Positions 61,654 through 64,000 of a stretch of 64,000 bases of DNA are shown here, in pieces. The notes under the pieces are model-generated. The model worked only from the letters and a program-made list of their open reading frames with translations, did not search any database and had not been told where the DNA came from. The stretch is from sequence record OP752703.1. The stretch is one strand, 5' to 3'. The first letter of the stretch is position 1. Each line of letters opens with the position of its first letter. The position numbers and the translations under genes are program-made.

Positions 61654-61883
61654 TGGTGGTCACGAATTGTCTTTGCTACGTCTTCTGCATCAGTATACAC
61701 CGTTACAGTGTGCTTGTCACTATCAATCACGATGTTAAGATCGGGATAGGTGGCACGCAGAGACTTTAGCACTTCCGCAGTTGTAATGATAGACTTTTCA
61801 GTCCCTACGATACTGCCCTGAAAGCCAAACTTAGCTTTCTTGGCCTTCATTTCACGGAAATACTGAGAGGTATCAATCTGCAT
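61635..61883 (-). CDS. hypothetical protein
   Basis: coupled ORF. Confidence 0.65.
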   Translation of the reverse strand: MQIDTSQYFREMKAKKAKFGFQGSIVGTEKSIITTAEVLKSLRATYPDLNIVIDSDKHTVTVYTDAEDVAKTIRDHHCWKTL

Positions 61884-62107
61884 TAGATTTCAATCTCACA
61901 ATCGCCGTGTTCGGCAACGTAGGCATCCAGTAGTGCGGTCAGGGATTCACTATAGCCGTAATCACGGCCAACACCCTTATACAGTTCCCATGTGTGGGAC
62001 TCATAGCCGGGGATCATACGATCCTTTTGCATCTGAGTCAAGATGGCGTTGTAGTCGCCATGACCATTCTGAGAACCCCATGCAGCTACATCAGCGTAAT
62101 CTTTCAT
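61883..62107 (-). CDS. hypothetical protein
   Basis: coupled ORF. Confidence 0.65.
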   Translation of the reverse strand: MKDYADVAAWGSQNGHGDYNAILTQMQKDRMIPGYESHTWELYKGVGRDYGYSESLTALLDAYVAEHGDCEIEI

Positions 62108-62135
62108 TACTAACCTATTGATTTGTAAGGGAATT

Positions 62136-62211
62136 TGGTGGGTCGGGCGGGACTCGAACCCGCGACCAGAGGATTAAAAGTCCCCTGCTCTACCAACTGA
62201 GCTACCGACCC
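62136..62211 (-). tRNA. tRNA-Lys(TTT)
   Basis: cloverleaf, CCA. Confidence 0.93.
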
Positions 62212-62219
62212 GTGGAATT

Positions 62220-62295
62220 TGGTGGATCGCCCGAGACTCGAACTCGGAACCTGTCGCTTAAGAGGCGAATGCTCTAACCATTGAGCTAGCAATCC
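62220..62295 (-). tRNA. tRNA-Lys(CTT)
   Basis: cloverleaf, CCA. Confidence 0.92.
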
Positions 62296-62296
62296 G

Positions 62297-62509
62297 TTAT
62301 AGAAGTGGCAACTGGTTAAGCTGCCTGTCAATTATGCTTAACTTACTTATATGAATAATTTTGCGAGTGCGCTTAAAATCTACCCAAGCCATCGCGGTCA
62401 AGTCATTCACATAGTAAACAGTACCTATTGCGTTGTCAACCCCCGTGTTCATACCAGTCACTTTAACACGGTCATTCTTGCGAATCGGTTGTGTATCAAG
62501 GTAAGACAC
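62297..62509 (-). CDS. small SH3/KOW-like hypothetical protein
   Basis: DRVKVTG....GTVYYV....AWVDF. Confidence 0.6.
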   Translation of the reverse strand: MSYLDTQPIRKNDRVKVTGMNTGVDNAIGTVYYVNDLTAMAWVDFKRTRKIIHISKLSIIDRQLNQLPLL

Positions 62510-62542
62510 GGGAGTATCCTGTCGTGGTTGAGAGACGATATA

Positions 62543-62767
62543 TTAGTCTGATTCGATTCCGTTGTCAACAAGAATTTTCTTCAATCTCTTAACTTCGGCT
62601 TCTGCTCTCAGCGCTCGCTTAGTGGCAATCCATTCTTGCTCATGCCACAAATTGCGATTCTCTTCCATCCAGAAATATGCTTTACGCATTTCCTTTAGAC
62701 GACGCACAGAACTCTTAGTATTCTCAGTACCTTTAGCCTTAATCTTTTTAGAGATTCGTGCCTTCAT
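62543..62767 (-). CDS. basic hypothetical protein
   Basis: ORF track. Confidence 0.65.
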   Translation of the reverse strand: MKARISKKIKAKGTENTKSSVRRLKEMRKAYFWMEENRNLWHEQEWIATKRALRAEAEVKRLKKILVDNGIESD

Positions 62768-62770
62768 GGT

Positions 62771-63067
62771 TTACCACCAGTTATAGACTAGGAACTCAGT
62801 GTCTTCGGGAAGGTCGGGAGCAACGCTCTTGATGTAATCATACAGGACTTTATCGTCCTTGTAAAATTCAAAATTCTCGGCGTTCTCTTCTTCGCTGACT
62901 TCGGGATCATGCATCCACTGCGTCAGTTCTCTTAGGACGATCTTTCGTGCTGCGCCATTTCCATCCTCGCGCATCATGTTACGAACGGCATTCTTAACTT
63001 CTGGCGGACAATCAGATGCCCATACCGGATCAAGAACCCACTGCTGCTGGAAAGTCTTATGGGACAT
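62771..63067 (-). CDS. hypothetical protein (..CP.EV...WW family)
   Basis: SDCPPEVKNAVR...YNWW. Confidence 0.7.
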   Translation of the reverse strand: MSHKTFQQQWVLDPVWASDCPPEVKNAVRNMMREDGNGAARKIVLRELTQWMHDPEVSEEENAENFEFYKDDKVLYDYIKSVAPDLPEDTEFLVYNWW

Positions 63068-63093
63068 GTAAGTCTCTGAATTTTAAGGAAATT

Positions 63094-63181
63094 TGGCGGG
63101 CAGGGTGGGATTCGAACCCACGGAGGTATAACCCTCGGCGGTTTTCAAGACCGCTCGTATAAACCACTCACGCACCTACCC
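63094..63181 (-). tRNA. tRNA-Ser(TGA)
   Basis: long variable arm, G73, CCA. Confidence 0.92.
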
Positions 63182-63319
63182 ATATTTTAAACGATTATTT
63201 ATGAACGATAATCGTCGTTGTCAAAACCAGCTTCGCGCTGATCGGCGTCATTATAACGGTAGGGATTGGTCGGAGTCAAGAGCTTTGCAATTGCTTCCTT
63301 TGCCTGCTGTTCAGTCTGT

Positions 63320-63796
63320 TCATTCTGCATCAGTTTTATCTCCGTTAGGGGGCCAAAAGGCATCAAGTGTTTCGATTAGATGATTACGTACTGTAGTATT
63401 AGCTTTCAAACTTTCGATGGTGAAAGCATACACCTTTTCATCCTGAAATACAACAAACTTCACATCATCAATCGGTGTTCCGTCAGTGACGTGGAAGAAT
63501 GTGTCAGTGCGAGGATTATATTTAACCTGCGGGTGGTTGTCAAGGTCGAAACGCGCATCCGATTGGAAATACATATCTACCACAATGTAGGCATGAACCT
63601 GTTTCTTACCGCCAGCGACAATCTTCTGTCGCACAGTCTCAGACACACGGAACCCGTCTACCATGGCAAACGCAACGGGATACCCCACCTTTGCGAAGCG
63701 ACCCTGTACCTTACCCCTACACTTAGACGAGAAACCGCCACAGTTCAGGTTTCGGTAGATATAGTTTTTAGCACGCTTGCGCTTAGTAGTCGCCAC
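63320..63796 (-). CDS. hypothetical phage protein
   Basis: YIYRNLN...VHAYI...VKYNP. Confidence 0.7.
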   Translation of the reverse strand: MATTKRKRAKNYIYRNLNCGGFSSKCRGKVQGRFAKVGYPVAFAMVDGFRVSETVRQKIVAGGKKQVHAYIVVDMYFQSDARFDLDNHPQVKYNPRTDTFFHVTDGTPIDDVKFVVFQDEKVYAFTIESLKANTTVRNHLIETLDAFWPPNGDKTDAE

Positions 63797-64000
63797 GAAC
63801 CGGCTTCCCTACCTTGGTCATGCCATAGTGATCGCGTAGGCTCTTTAGGTCACGGAAGTAGATGATCGTATCAGTAACGATTTCTTCATCAGTACCCATG
63901 TAGTAGCGAGCGCCAGCCGGGATGACACCATAGATGGTGACAACACCACGACCCATTAGGGTCGGGCGACCACTCCAACTTAGAGCAGTGGCATCATACG
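63783..64000 (-). CDS. hypothetical protein, 5'-truncated by window edge
   Basis: hand-translated open frame ...GVIPAGARYYMGTDEEIV...DY*. Confidence 0.7.
   Translation of the reverse strand, partial: YDATALSWSGRPTLMGRGVVTIYGVIPAGARYYMGTDEEIVTDTIIYFRDLKSLRDHYGMTKVGKPVRGDY

Overview
This looks like a 64-kb accessory/early segment of a large lytic myovirus (T4-like or jumbo phage). Markers are rIIA/rIIB, RNA ligase 1, Imm, GroES, T4-type TATAAATA late promoters, many consensus sigma70 promoters and an rrn-type boxA, which suggests a proteobacterial host (inference). Layout: (1) 1-10.2 kb, mostly minus-strand metabolic and hypothetical genes. (2) 10,261-18,922, an unbroken, translationally coupled array of 35 small Tyr-rich paralogues sharing one K-x5-Y-[DE]-F motif; this is the most striking unexplained feature. 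(3) A 570-bp non-coding junction with back-to-back promoters. (4) 19.5-24.3 kb, a second array of about 14 small membrane proteins. (5) Thg1, rIIA, rIIB, Rnl1 and an M23 peptidase. (6) 37.6-63.2 kb, a minus-strand tRNA region with 27 recognisable tRNAs, including an amber suppressor. It is interspersed with aberrant tRNA-like RNAs (D-armless, armless, large-insert, minihelix) and several large structured non-coding RNA candidates, one about 1.1 kb and GOLLD-like. All calls were made by eye from motifs and hand-folding; no database search was run, so novelty is unverified.
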